NCBI GenBank assembly: GCA_041640595.1 | Contig: JBEPZY010000002.1 | Coordinates: forward strand, 114,984 to 178,983 | Source: Gemmatales bacterium | GTDB lineage: Bacteria; Planctomycetota; Planctomycetia; Gemmatales; HRBIN36 | DNA: 64,000 nucleotides | Reading direction: 5' to 3' | Translations under genes and position numbers: made by a program | Notes under the pieces: model-generated | The model's database searches: none | The model's input: the letters and a program-made list of their open reading frames with translations, nothing else | Told to the model about the DNA's origin: nothing | Shown here: one piece after another, positions 1-10,047 of the stretch | Position numbering within the stretch: position 1 is the first letter of the stretch | Layout: each line of letters starts with the position of its first letter

Positions 1-12
1 GCACGTGCGCAG

Positions 13-880
13 GAGCGGCGGGCGTTAGCCCGCCGTGGGTGACTGGTATGGTCAGTGACTGGTAAATTCCGGGTTTGGTTCGGCGACGACCGAAGAACAG
101 CCGTGACCCCTGAACGTCAGCCCGCCGTGGGTCGGTGAACCGAGTCCTGTCCGGTGAAAATCGCACACTATTCGGCGACGATGAGACCGACGAACAAGAG
201 CGGCGACCGTCATCCCGCCGTGGGTCAGGGTTGGTCGTATGTTCTCCGCGCTGTGCCGACCACGCACTTGCAAGAACGGTTCGTTTGCCACGGTCGGCTC
301 ACGCCGACCGCTCCTGGGTGCACAACGGATGTTCGCTGCATATAGCACCATCTGCGATGTACACACGCACGTGCGCAGGAGCGGCGGGCGTTAGCCCGCC
401 GTGGGTGACTGGTATGGTCAGTGACTGGTAAATTCCGGGTTTGGTTCGGCGACGACCGAAGAACAGCCGGGCCCCCTGAACGTCCACCCGCCGTGGGTCG
501 ATGAACCGAGCCGCGTTCCTCGAAAATCGCGCACTTTTCGGCGACGGTGCGAACGACGAACAGGAGCGGCGGGCGTTAGCCCGCCGTGGGTCGCAAGTGG
601 GTAACAAACCGCGTCTGGAACTGCAATGCGTTGAATTTCCGGGTTGCGAGTTCGCCTGCGGAGCGCACTCCACAGGAGGCTTACGCCCCCCGCTCCTGTA
701 TTGCACGAATGCACGCCTGCTGGGGATTTAGCATTTCCACTGCATAATCGTTGCCGAAGCACAAGGGGCTGACGCTCCCCGCCCCTGGTGCTGTTACAAC
801 GACCGTCCGCCGGAATAATGACGACTGTTGCGCTGCACAAACGCGCCTTCACAAGCGCGGCGGACGTTAGCCCGCGGTGT
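13..880. repeat. REP-like hairpin array (BIME-like), cluster 1; may extend beyond the window start
   Basis: GAGCGGCGGGCGTTAGCCCGCCGTGG at 13, 379 and 563; CCACGGTCGGCTCACGCCGACCGCTC at 288; degenerate copies near 198, 670, 763 and 855; 1-130 is re-used at 367-497. Confidence 0.9.
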
Positions 881-1425
881 CAAGGAAACGCGCTTGCGAT
901 GGTGGCCGGCTTTTGCGCTGACAAAACCCTGGACGAGCGCGCTTTTGTGAAAGGTGAAGCTGTCTCCGTATCCGGTGTTCGTATCTGATGACCGAGGTGG
1001 CGTACTCAGCGCACGAACTGACGAAGCTGTAGGCATGGCGGCTGACCATCACAGAGTTATATCACGACGTGAAGAATCACCGGTACGGCTGGGCTTTATG
1101 CCACGCGTTGATGACTCGTGCCACAGTTTTAATCGGCCGCTCCGACTATTTAGAGCGGCCGCTACTGACGCTGATGCACTGGCTTTCGGTAGCAGTTGCT
1201 CCGCTGCCTGTGCGGCATTATTTGCCGGCGATGTGACGCAGAAGCAATCGTCCGTAACCATGCGGTCTGTTTTTCACCGGGCGACAGATGATTGCCTGAC
1301 TGCAAGGACAGGCCGCACAAAATGTTTAGTGCTATTATCACATCGCTTTTGTCCGAATTCCAAAACTGCTGATAAGTCAGCTTTACGACAGAGAAACTAA
1401 CATTCGGTCCAAGCGGCAGTTTCGT

Positions 1426-2046
1426 CTATACATCGAATGCATGGGCACAACCGCAGCCTGGTTCGGGTGGTGCACCGGCAGGCGATGCAGTGACTGCGGG
1501 CACATCAAATTCTCGCGCCAGGGCCTCGATTAGCTGGTGGTAATGTTCGTGTTTTCCGGGTCCGACGCGCTGGGCCTCATGCTGGGCGAATTCGGAACAA
1601 ATGACTTGATCTTCAGCGGCTGGGAGCACACGCTCGGCGAGCATAAACAGAACATTGTCTTCTTTCCAGATGTGCTGGCGAAGCAAAGTCACATATTGAT
1701 CGGCCGCCTCGCAAAACTGCTGCCGACTTGGCTGCTGATCCCAGTGACTCAACGCTTCCTGCATGGCTCGGATCAACTGGCGACCATGTTCATGCTCATA
1801 TAACATCACGCCAATCGGGCCACCTGCTTTGGGGATACCGCCTCGCTCCAAACGCGGGAAGAGGGTGCCTTCTTCCTTCGCGTGATGGCACCCATCGGCG
1901 AACTCCACGAAAAATTCCAGCAAGGCAGCCACCGGCTTCTCGTTCACTCCTTGCCCTTGCCGCAAGCGGTTGACCATGGCAGCCAGCACTGCCAGCGCCT
2001 GCTCAATGACGCGATGCTCTTGCCGAAGGATTTGGGTTGCCTGCAT
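1426..2046 (-). CDS. Hemerythrin-domain protein
   Basis: EHRVI, HHAKEE, EHEHGR and HIWKEDNVLF di-iron motifs; ATG at 2046 preceded by a GGAGG RBS (start re-called from the ORF-track 2139). Confidence 0.9.
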   Translation of the reverse strand: MQATQILRQEHRVIEQALAVLAAMVNRLRQGQGVNEKPVAALLEFFVEFADGCHHAKEEGTLFPRLERGGIPKAGGPIGVMLYEHEHGRQLIRAMQEALSHWDQQPSRQQFCEAADQYVTLLRQHIWKEDNVLFMLAERVLPAAEDQVICSEFAQHEAQRVGPGKHEHYHQLIEALAREFDVPAVTASPAGAPPEPGCGCAHAFDV

Positions 2047-2512
2047 GTGACATCCTCCTGAGCTTGACCCTGGGTTGGGAGATGGGCGACGGCGACTTGC
2101 ACAGTACCGACTCAGTTTGGTTTTCCGGTAGCAACTCAACTAATCGGACGCTGCCCAGCGCCTCTTCCACGAGCATGGCTGCCCGATCCAGGACCCGGTG
2201 CAGGGGGCATAGCCTGAGGCCGTGGCCCTGAAAACCCAGCGGACATTGTCGAATGCGGGGTACGGGCGACACAGCGTTGACGATGTCGAGCACGGTGATT
2301 TCTTCCGGCGCACGTACCAGCTGATACCCGCCGCCAGGGCCCGGATACGAACGCACCAGCCCGTGATTTACCAGCAATTGCAGCACATGGTGCAGATAGC
2401 GACGCGGAATGCGTGTGACCTCGGCCAATTGCTCGCTGCTGACAGGCCGGCCAGGGTTCCGCGCCAGACAAACCGCAGCTCGCAACGCATATTCGGCTGT
2501 CTGTGTCAGCAT
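2003..2512 (-). CDS. Rrf2-family transcriptional regulator
   Basis: MLTQTAEYALRA start, GxGGGY wing, ITVLDIV, and a CPLG..H..LCPLH putative Fe-S ligand segment. Confidence 0.92.
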   Translation of the reverse strand: MLTQTAEYALRAAVCLARNPGRPVSSEQLAEVTRIPRRYLHHVLQLLVNHGLVRSYPGPGGGYQLVRAPEEITVLDIVNAVSPVPRIRQCPLGFQGHGLRLCPLHRVLDRAAMLVEEALGSVRLVELLPENQTESVLCKSPSPISQPRVKLRRMSHAGNPNPSARASRH

Positions 2513-2556
2513 CGTAGTTTTCCCCGCGTCTCGATATGTTTTCGACCCCTTGCCAT

Positions 2557-2615
2557 TTTACATATCGGCATGTAAATTGTCAACGGAGGAATTCTACATG
2601 GCAACATGTAGAATT
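2557..2615. promoter_or_regulatory. Two palindromic operator-like sites (TACAT-N6-ATGTA) in the divergent Rrf2/qNor promoter
   Basis: TTTACAT-atcggc-ATGTAAA at 2557-2576 and AATTCTACATG-gcaa-CATGTAGAATT at 2590-2615. Confidence 0.65.
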
Positions 2616-2664
2616 TTTAGAACAAAGAAGCGTGAGCTGCAGAAGCACAAAAAGGAGATCTGCC

Positions 2665-5085
2665 ATGCGCCGAGTGTGGAGACTGTGGCTTGCTCTGGGG
2701 CTGGTGCTGTTGGGCTCATTCAGCGTGTTGATTTATTACGGTAGAAAGCTGGCATTAGAGGCTCCTCCAATTCCGGCTCGGATCGTTAGTGAATCGGGCG
2801 AACCTGTGGGCACAGGTCAGGACATCCTGGATGGACAAAATATCTGGCAGTCCATTGGCGGAATGGAACTGGGAAGCGTCTGGGGGCACGGGTCGTACAT
2901 AGCGCCGGATTGGTCGGCCGACTGGTTGCACCGAGAATGCCTCTGGTTGCTGGAACACTGGGCGCGGAAAGAATACCAGCGTAACTATTCCCAGTTAGGT
3001 ACGGCGGAACAGGCGCTTTTGCAGCAACGCCTGCAACAACAGATGCGGCACAATGGGTACGATCCCCGCACCGACACCCTGTTTATTAGCGACGATCGCG
3101 CCCTGGCCTGGCAAGCCCTGGCGCGTTACTACGCATGCATTTTCGGAGACGCCGAATCTTTTCCTGAAGATGTGGCGTTTCTGGCGGATGGTGGGCGCTC
3201 GCCGGCAGCACTTCGGGAAGCCTACGCGATGCCCGCTAACACTATACGCGATCCGCAACGCATGCAAAAACTATGCGCTTTCTTTTCCTGGGCAGCGTGG
3301 GCATGTGCCGCAGAGCGACCCGGCTCTAAAGAAATCCTGAGCGGTCCAAAAACGGCCGGGACTTATTCCGGCGTAAGTTACACGAATAACTGGCCGCCCG
3401 AACCCCTTATTAACAACCGTTCCACCGGTTCTATGGTGGTTTGGTCGGTGATCAGTTTCATCCTATTACTTGCGGGGATCGCATTATTAGCCTGGCATCA
3501 TGCCGTCACCGCCAATAACGAAGCATTACCGGAAATCCTTCCCGAGGATGACCCATTGCTTGGGCTACAAGCGACTCCTTCGATGCAGGCTACCTTGAAG
3601 TATTTCTGGCTTGTTTTCGCGCTATTTATTGCCCAGATCGGTTTGGGTGCAGTAACGGCTCACTATGGAGTAGAAGGACAGGGCTTTTATGGCATTCCGC
3701 TCTCGCGATGGTTGCCTTATAGCGTGACCCGCACCTGGCATGTTCAACTGGCGATCTTCTGGATCGCTACTGCCTGGTTAGCCACCGGTCTTTTCATTGC
3801 CCCTGCGGTGTCCGGTTATGAACCACCCGGCCAGCGGCTAGGTGTCAACCTGCTCTTCGTTGCCCTGATAATTGTTGCAGTGGGTGGCTTATTAGGAACC
3901 TGGTTGGGTACACGGCAAACGCTTAGCGAGGAACTCAATTTCTGGATAGGCCATCAGGGATATGAGTATGCAGATATCGGACGTGTGTGGCAGTTCGCAT
4001 TGTTGCTGGGGCTGTTTTTCTGGTTAGGGCTTATGGTCAGGGCACTCTGGCCAGCATTTCGTCAGCCTGGTGAACATAAGCATTTACTCGGGTTGTTTGT
4101 CGTTGCTTCCGCCGCCATTGCTTTATTTTACGGGGCGGCTCTTATGTGGGGCCGACGCACCCACCTTAGTTTAGTAGAATATTGGCGCTGGTGGGTCGTG
4201 CATTTGTGGGTAGAGGGATTTTTCGAGGTTTTTGCCACGGTAGTGATTGCCTTTCTCTTTACACGCATGGGTCTGCTCCGCGTAAGCACAGCCACTTCCG
4301 GAGTGCTTTTCTCTTCGACGGTCTTCTTATTCGGCGGGATCATCGGGACCTTTCATCACCTTTATTTCACCGGAACGCCCGAGCCAATTATGGCCCTGGG
4401 AGCGACCTTCAGCGCATTGGAAGTAGTGCCCCTGGTGCTTATGGGTTTTGAGGCCTGGGAAAATCTCACTCTCAGCCGCGCTGCTCCTTGGGTAGCTAAA
4501 TATCGCTGGCCCATTTATTGCTTTATCGCGGTTGCTTTCTGGAACCTGGTTGGCGCTGGACTATTTGGTTTCTTCATCAACCCGCCTATTGCGCTTTACT
4601 ACATGCAAGGTCTTAATACGACGCCGGTGCACGGGCATACCGCTTTATTTGGTGTTTACGGAATGTTAGGGATCGGTTTATCGCTCTTTTGCTTGCGCGG
4701 ATTAACTTCGCGTTTGCCCTGGCGAACGGAAGCCCTTGCTTTCGGTTTCTGGGCAATGAACATAGGCTTAGCTCTTATGGTGCTCCTGTCGCTATTACCG
4801 GTCGGATTCCTGCAAGCCTGGGCCAGTGTTGAGTACGGACTATGGTACGCCCGATCTGCGGAGTTCCTGCAGCAGCCTATTATGAACGTGCTCCGCTGGC
4901 TGCGTATTATAGGTGACACCATCTTCGCCCTTGGAGCGATCCTGCTTGCCTGGTTTGTTATCGGACTGAAGACCGGCTGGTCGCTGCGGAATACTCGCGA
5001 TGGGCAAACGCTCGATGAAACCGCTCTCGGCGACCTGAGCCACAGCAAACATGCTCATCCCGTGTCGAGCTTGAGCAACCCCTGA
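2665..5085 (+). CDS. norB: Quinol-dependent nitric-oxide reductase (qNor, NorZ-type long NorB)
   Basis: GSVWGHGSYIAPDWSADWLH, WWVVHLWVEGFFEVF, TFHHLYF and HGHTALFGVYG motifs; ATG 2665 with an AAGGAG RBS. Confidence 0.95.
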   Translation: MRRVWRLWLALGLVLLGSFSVLIYYGRKLALEAPPIPARIVSESGEPVGTGQDILDGQNIWQSIGGMELGSVWGHGSYIAPDWSADWLHRECLWLLEHWARKEYQRNYSQLGTAEQALLQQRLQQQMRHNGYDPRTDTLFISDDRALAWQALARYYACIFGDAESFPEDVAFLADGGRSPAALREAYAMPANTIRDPQRMQKLCAFFSWAAWACAAERPGSKEILSGPKTAGTYSGVSYTNNWPPEPLINNRSTGSMVVWSVISFILLLAGIALLAWHHAVTANNEALPEILPEDDPLLGLQATPSMQATLKYFWLVFALFIAQIGLGAVTAHYGVEGQGFYGIPLSRWLPYSVTRTWHVQLAIFWIATAWLATGLFIAPAVSGYEPPGQRLGVNLLFVALIIVAVGGLLGTWLGTRQTLSEELNFWIGHQGYEYADIGRVWQFALLLGLFFWLGLMVRALWPAFRQPGEHKHLLGLFVVASAAIALFYGAALMWGRRTHLSLVEYWRWWVVHLWVEGFFEVFATVVIAFLFTRMGLLRVSTATSGVLFSSTVFLFGGIIGTFHHLYFTGTPEPIMALGATFSALEVVPLVLMGFEAWENLTLSRAAPWVAKYRWPIYCFIAVAFWNLVGAGLFGFFINPPIALYYMQGLNTTPVHGHTALFGVYGMLGIGLSLFCLRGLTSRLPWRTEALAFGFWAMNIGLALMVLLSLLPVGFLQAWASVEYGLWYARSAEFLQQPIMNVLRWLRIIGDTIFALGAILLAWFVIGLKTGWSLRNTRDGQTLDETALGDLSHSKHAHPVSSLSNP

Positions 5086-5623
5086 GAATATCAGCATGCA
5101 CGACACAGCTCTTCCTTTTCGCCTATAAACCTTCTTTCTCCCATATAAACTACTGAGCGGACTATGATCCGCGGAAGCCGGTACCGATTTTATAAGTCGC
5201 CGGGCGGCATTGTTCTGACCGGCTGGGGCGATTTTCAATATGACGACCTATCTGAGCCTGGGGCCTACCAGTCGGTCTTGCGCTTTTACATGCGGAGCTG
5301 GAGCTGTCTTGGCGTTGGCGTTAAGCCGAGGTGACACCATAGTGGCTGGCTTAGAGTGATGAGCAATCAATAAGCCGTAATTGTGGGCAAATACCATAAG
5401 GCAGCTCCGGGAAGGCGACGGGCAAAGCTTCACTCAAAACGCGCTTATGCTCTGAGCATGCATGGCAATATAAACATGCACGGCAGCGATATTAGATACG
5501 CATGGCAATATTAGCAACATGCTCGAAAGCAGTGCCGGTGGGCGTAGGCGAAGTGCTTAGGATATGCTTAGATGCTTAGTGGGCTGGAAACTGTATAGGA
5601 GGTTGGTTGGCAAGCGAGCCAGG

Positions 5624-5825
5624 GTGTTTCGGCGAGGAGCTGATATCGTTTCGACTAGGAGCTAATGTCGGGGTGATTTTTTTCCCAGGATATTATCGTT
5701 TTGCAGGTATGACGTGTGTTTCGGCGAGGAGCTGATATCGCGGCGATTTCCTTCTCGCAATCTAAACAAAACAGATGGGAAAGCTCGCGGTGTTTCGGTT
5801 ATAAGCTGACGTCGGGGGAAATTTG
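5624..5825. repeat. Degenerate tandem copies of the mpg 3' end
   Basis: GTGTTTCGG..AGCTGA.[A/G]TCG at 5624, 5716 and 5790; the 5790 copy spans the mpg stop codon. Confidence 0.6.
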
Positions 5826-6536
5826 CCGGCCGCGACGAGTGCTGCTGACATAAGGCGAGTCGGCCAGGAAGTAACGCAGCGGTAAGTCCCTGGCAGCGGT
5901 GACACCGATCCGCGGACTGGCACGAATCCGCGCTGCCGGGACAACTTCCCGTGCCTGGGCGAGCCAGAGCTGCTGGCCCCGGGTAACGTCCCAACCATCG
6001 AAGCGGCGATCGATCGCCAGAGCCTGGCAGAGTCGGCCCGGACCTCGAGCGAGTTCCCGCAGTTCCGTAACACCGCGATGCTGCTGCATGAGACCGATGC
6101 CGCAAATCGGCTCGATGGCACGGATGAGCACAGCACTGGGCACGCCTTCCGGCTCAGTGACCACGTTCAGGCAAAAGCGATTGTGGATCGTATAGACGTA
6201 GGCGTGTCCGGGTGGTCCGAACATGCTGGCATTGCGGCGAGTTCGACCACGATAGGCGTGATTAGCCGGGTCGTGCTCCGCCAGATAAGCCTCCACCTCG
6301 ACAATTTTGCCAGCCATTAAACCAGCTTCGGTGTCGCGGAGCAGCCATTGTCCCAGCAAGGCACGGGCTACTTCCTGTACTGGTCGGTCGTAAAAGGAGC
6401 GGGGCAAGGCAGGGAGTTGTCGCACGAATAGTTCCGTTGCCTCATCGCTGGCCGACACGCTGTTCGGCACGTGGACGGGGCGGAATTGCCGCGGAGCATC
6501 ATTATTCGATCGGGGAAAAGCAGGCTGTTCTTCCAT
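5799..6536 (-). CDS. mpg: DNA-3-methyladenine glycosylase (MPG/AAG family)
   Basis: GKIVEVEAY, MFGPPGHAYVY, AVLIRAIEP, GPGRLCQAL and SPRIGV motifs; start uncertain. Confidence 0.92.
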   Translation of the reverse strand: MEEQPAFPRSNNDAPRQFRPVHVPNSVSASDEATELFVRQLPALPRSFYDRPVQEVARALLGQWLLRDTEAGLMAGKIVEVEAYLAEHDPANHAYRGRTRRNASMFGPPGHAYVYTIHNRFCLNVVTEPEGVPSAVLIRAIEPICGIGLMQQHRGVTELRELARGPGRLCQALAIDRRFDGWDVTRGQQLWLAQAREVVPAARIRASPRIGVTAARDLPLRYFLADSPYVSSTRRGRQISPDVSL

Positions 6537-6781
6537 TTCCGATTCCCGAGCAGGCCGGCCCAGGGTTTTGCCAAGCCAGATCAGCCACTACCAACTTGTG
6601 CGTCTGGCTCGAAATCTCCCAGAGTGGCTCACAATGGTTTGCGACCACGCTGCCCTGGACCGTCAGCGAAATTCTGCTGGTTCGCGGTGCTTTTCTGATA
6701 TTCCGCTATCCTTATCATAGCTGGTAAGGCGAACGGCCTGGGTGGTGCGACCAACAGAAACGAAGCGGAGTGCAAACGCCA

Positions 6782-7576
6782 ATGATAACACGCTTGGCCA
6801 TCAACGGAGCCTGCGGGCGAATGGGATTGCGGCTAGTGCAATTGGCCCAGGAGGATGCGGAGCTGTCGGTGATAGCGGCGCTGGAACGTGCTCAGCATCC
6901 GCGTCTGGGGCAGGATATTGGCGAACTGGCCGGGCTGGGCCGACTGGGTGTGCCCCTGACGCATACCTTGCCGCTAAGCGAGCGGCCCGACGTCATTGTG
7001 GACTTTTCTTCGCCGGAAGGCACTATGCAGGTCTTGAAGCTGGCGGTGGAGCGAAAAATTCCGCTGGTGGTGGCAACCACCGGACATACAGCCGCTCAGC
7101 GCGACGAGATCGAAGCAGCGGCACATCATATCCCGCTTTTGGTTTCGCCCAACATGAGCCTGGCCATGAACGTCCTGATGGTGCTGCTCGAACAGGCTGC
7201 GAAACTTCTGCGAGGGAAGGATTTTGACGTGGAGATTATCGAGGCCCACCACCGCTTCAAAAAGGATGCTCCCAGTGGCACAGCCCTGGCCCTGGCCCGT
7301 ATCGTGCAACAGCAGATGGGGCAGCAATTAGTCCGGCACGGTCGGGAAGGAATGACCGGCGAACGGTCGGCTACCGAGATCGGAATCCACGCGGTGCGTG
7401 CGGGTGATCTGGTGGGAGAACATGTCATCCTCTTCGGCACGCTGGGCGAATCTTTGCAGCTCAGTCATCGGGCGCACACCCGCGACTGCTATGCCCGCGG
7501 CGCATTACTCGCCGCCAAGTTCCTCGCCCAGCAACCTCCCGGAAGGTACACCATGCGCGATGTGCTCGGTCTCTAA
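6782..7576 (+). CDS. dapB: 4-hydroxy-tetrahydrodipicolinate reductase
   Basis: GACGRMG Rossmann motif, VDFS, ATTG and EAHHRFKKDAPSGTA signature; start is ATG 6782 or GTG 6770. Confidence 0.96.
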   Translation: MITRLAINGACGRMGLRLVQLAQEDAELSVIAALERAQHPRLGQDIGELAGLGRLGVPLTHTLPLSERPDVIVDFSSPEGTMQVLKLAVERKIPLVVATTGHTAAQRDEIEAAAHHIPLLVSPNMSLAMNVLMVLLEQAAKLLRGKDFDVEIIEAHHRFKKDAPSGTALALARIVQQQMGQQLVRHGREGMTGERSATEIGIHAVRAGDLVGEHVILFGTLGESLQLSHRAHTRDCYARGALLAAKFLAQQPPGRYTMRDVLGL

Positions 7577-7630
7577 AAGAGCGGGAGTCCCAACGTTGGC
7601 AGTATTAGAAATCAAGTGAACGAAAATACA

Positions 7631-9943
7631 CTATGGTTTTTCTGGCGGATGGTTGGGCGAACCGATCACCGTAGTGGCTTCCTCACGCATGAGGGGTTCC
7701 TTGCCGAGAGATTTCGTCCTGACCTCGATGCGAAAGCGAGCATCGCCGGGAGCCTTGCCTCGACACTGCACCTGATAAACTAAAACCTGTCCAGGCTCCA
7801 ATCGAGCCACGGTGGGAAACGTCAGGGTATTGCCCGCAAGTTGACCGGTAGTACCTGCCGGCCCACTGGAAGCTATCAACTCCAGCTGCGGCGGAATGTA
7901 TGCGGCCAGGCTTATATCCGTATCTGCCAGGGTGCCGGTGTTGGTCAGGTTGATTTCATAACGCACGGTATTACCGACGATAACGGGATCGCCTATATCC
8001 ACCATTTCCAACCGTAATGCAGGTGCCCCGCGGATTTCAACCACCGCTTCGCTGCTTTGCAATATAGTGCCGTCCGAACGCACACTGGCGCGACATATTG
8101 CTTTTTCGGCAACCTGTAATGCGGTGGCCGTGATCCGAAAGGTTTTGCTCTCACCCGGAGCCAGAACGGGCACAAACCAGACGACCTCCTGATTGCGGAA
8201 TTGCCCGTTCTCACTGGCGGCCATAAAGGCAAGTTCCGCCGGCAATTGTTCACTGACATAAAGATTGCTGATGGCCATGCTGCCGCGATTGGTCACCGTG
8301 AGCTCAATATCTACCGGTGCCTTGACAAAACGTGTGGGCGGGACCTTATGTTGCAATTCCAGCTGAGGCTTTTCCACCACCACCTGGTGATCGGCGATAC
8401 TGCGGAGGTTACCGTCTGCGGTTGCGGTGATCCGCACCTGATGCTGACCTTCTTTCAAGGGCACCAGCGTGAGTTTTTCGCTCCTGCTCGAGCCGGCCGG
8501 GATGGTAAACGGTCCGCTGGTAAGTGCCGTAGTTCCAGGAGCCTGAGGATGGCTCAGGGCCGGATCGAAATCCGCCCGCAGCATTACATTCGTAGCTGGG
8601 CCGGTTCCCGTATTCGTAACGGTGATTTGCAGGGTAATCGGCGTACCTACAGAAGTGCGGTTAGGCCCCTGGACAGCCACGCTAATTCCTGGGGAGGCGA
8701 TTTCGGTGACCGCTTCCGCTTCGACGCGCACACCATCGGCAGTTACCGCACTGCAACGATTAATGGCCCGGCCAGTTTTGTCGGCTCGAAAATTAGCGAG
8801 GATGGTGACGGTTCGGCCCGGACCGATAGGAGCAATTGTCCAGATAAGTTCTCGCCCTTCGACGTTGGCAGGTGGCTGGGATTGCAGAAAGCTCAGGTTG
8901 TCCGGCACTAAGTCGCGTACCGTAATCGCTTCGGTTTCCACCGGGCCGGTGTTGGTGAGCGTGATTGTATAAGTGATATTTTGTCCACTAGACGCCGTGG
9001 GAGGACCGGTTTTGCTGATGTTCAGTCCCGGAGCTGCCCACTGGATCCAGGTTTCGCCGCGAGCCAGCACGAGCGTAGCTCCGGCGGATTCACCGCGAAG
9101 AATCTCGATACCGATACGGGTGGTGCCGGGCCTGGGCTGAGTGAGCATCACCTGCACCGAGGCCAGTCCTTGACTATCGCTCACCACCTCGGCGACGGAT
9201 CGCTGAGCAGGCAGGAAGACCGCTGCCGGGCCGTCGAGCACCTGATATCGGACGCGATAACCACTTAGCGGTACCTGATCCTGGCGACGAAACAGCCGCG
9301 TGGTCAGCGTAACTGGTTCGCCAGGCCGACCCGAAGTCGGTTGCGGAAACTCCCACGCCGCCTGCACCCAGCTGAGCCGCACCGTTACCTTGCGTTGTCG
9401 CCAGTCATAGATGCCCGGCGCATAGACCGTAACATAAGTCTCTCCTTCCACCGGTGAGGTCAGCACACACCAGGTCTGCCCCGGACGAATAGTAAAATCA
9501 TCGTCCGGTTCCGGAGTGCCGCGGGTGACCCGGTGTTCGAAATAACTGGTGTAGCTGACTGCGTAGCGGTCGCCTTCTTTCCAACCCCGCCCGGCATCAT
9601 AACCGCTTTCATCCACCTCCAGGATATGCCCGACTCCTTCAATCATCCATTCGACACGCCGACTACGCCTGGGTTGCCCATTGCGATCTAATACCGTGGC
9701 AATCAACACCTGCTGGGCGCCGACAGGATTCGCAGCCTCTAATGGCCGCACCTCTAAGCGTACCGCATAGGGGTCGAAATTCTCATAATAACCTCGACCG
9801 CGCGGCTTGGCATGCGTCTTAGCAACCTCGCCCGGTGGCAGTAAATAAGGAAAATAAGACGGATTATGACTCAGGCAGCCCACCAGCCACAGGGCGCCAA
9901 AACAACTCACCAGGACGCAAGCAAATCGCCGTCCGTCGGACAT
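7631..9943 (-). CDS. DUF11-repeat (OmcB-like) lipoprotein with Ig-like domains
   Basis: Lipobox LVGC; repeated 'YTITLTNTG / ITVTNTG / YEINLTNTG' DUF11-like motifs; start re-called to ATG 9943. Confidence 0.8.
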   Translation of the reverse strand: MSDGRRFACVLVSCFGALWLVGCLSHNPSYFPYLLPPGEVAKTHAKPRGRGYYENFDPYAVRLEVRPLEAANPVGAQQVLIATVLDRNGQPRRSRRVEWMIEGVGHILEVDESGYDAGRGWKEGDRYAVSYTSYFEHRVTRGTPEPDDDFTIRPGQTWCVLTSPVEGETYVTVYAPGIYDWRQRKVTVRLSWVQAAWEFPQPTSGRPGEPVTLTTRLFRRQDQVPLSGYRVRYQVLDGPAAVFLPAQRSVAEVVSDSQGLASVQVMLTQPRPGTTRIGIEILRGESAGATLVLARGETWIQWAAPGLNISKTGPPTASSGQNITYTITLTNTGPVETEAITVRDLVPDNLSFLQSQPPANVEGRELIWTIAPIGPGRTVTILANFRADKTGRAINRCSAVTADGVRVEAEAVTEIASPGISVAVQGPNRTSVGTPITLQITVTNTGTGPATNVMLRADFDPALSHPQAPGTTALTSGPFTIPAGSSRSEKLTLVPLKEGQHQVRITATADGNLRSIADHQVVVEKPQLELQHKVPPTRFVKAPVDIELTVTNRGSMAISNLYVSEQLPAELAFMAASENGQFRNQEVVWFVPVLAPGESKTFRITATALQVAEKAICRASVRSDGTILQSSEAVVEIRGAPALRLEMVDIGDPVIVGNTVRYEINLTNTGTLADTDISLAAYIPPQLELIASSGPAGTTGQLAGNTLTFPTVARLEPGQVLVYQVQCRGKAPGDARFRIEVRTKSLGKEPLMREEATTVIGSPNHPPEKP

Positions 9944-10047
9944 AGATGAATCCCGGCCGGACAGAGTCCGGTCGCACCGACACACCTTATAACTGTCGTG
10001 CACATCCACGCAAGCCCAGTTTTCCGCCTGCAATTTCTATGCCCGCT

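Noticed and set aside
2665..5085. qNor as an NO dismutase (Nod)
   Set aside because: The canonical active-site residues are intact (HLWVEGFFE, HH, HGH), so it reads as an ordinary qNor
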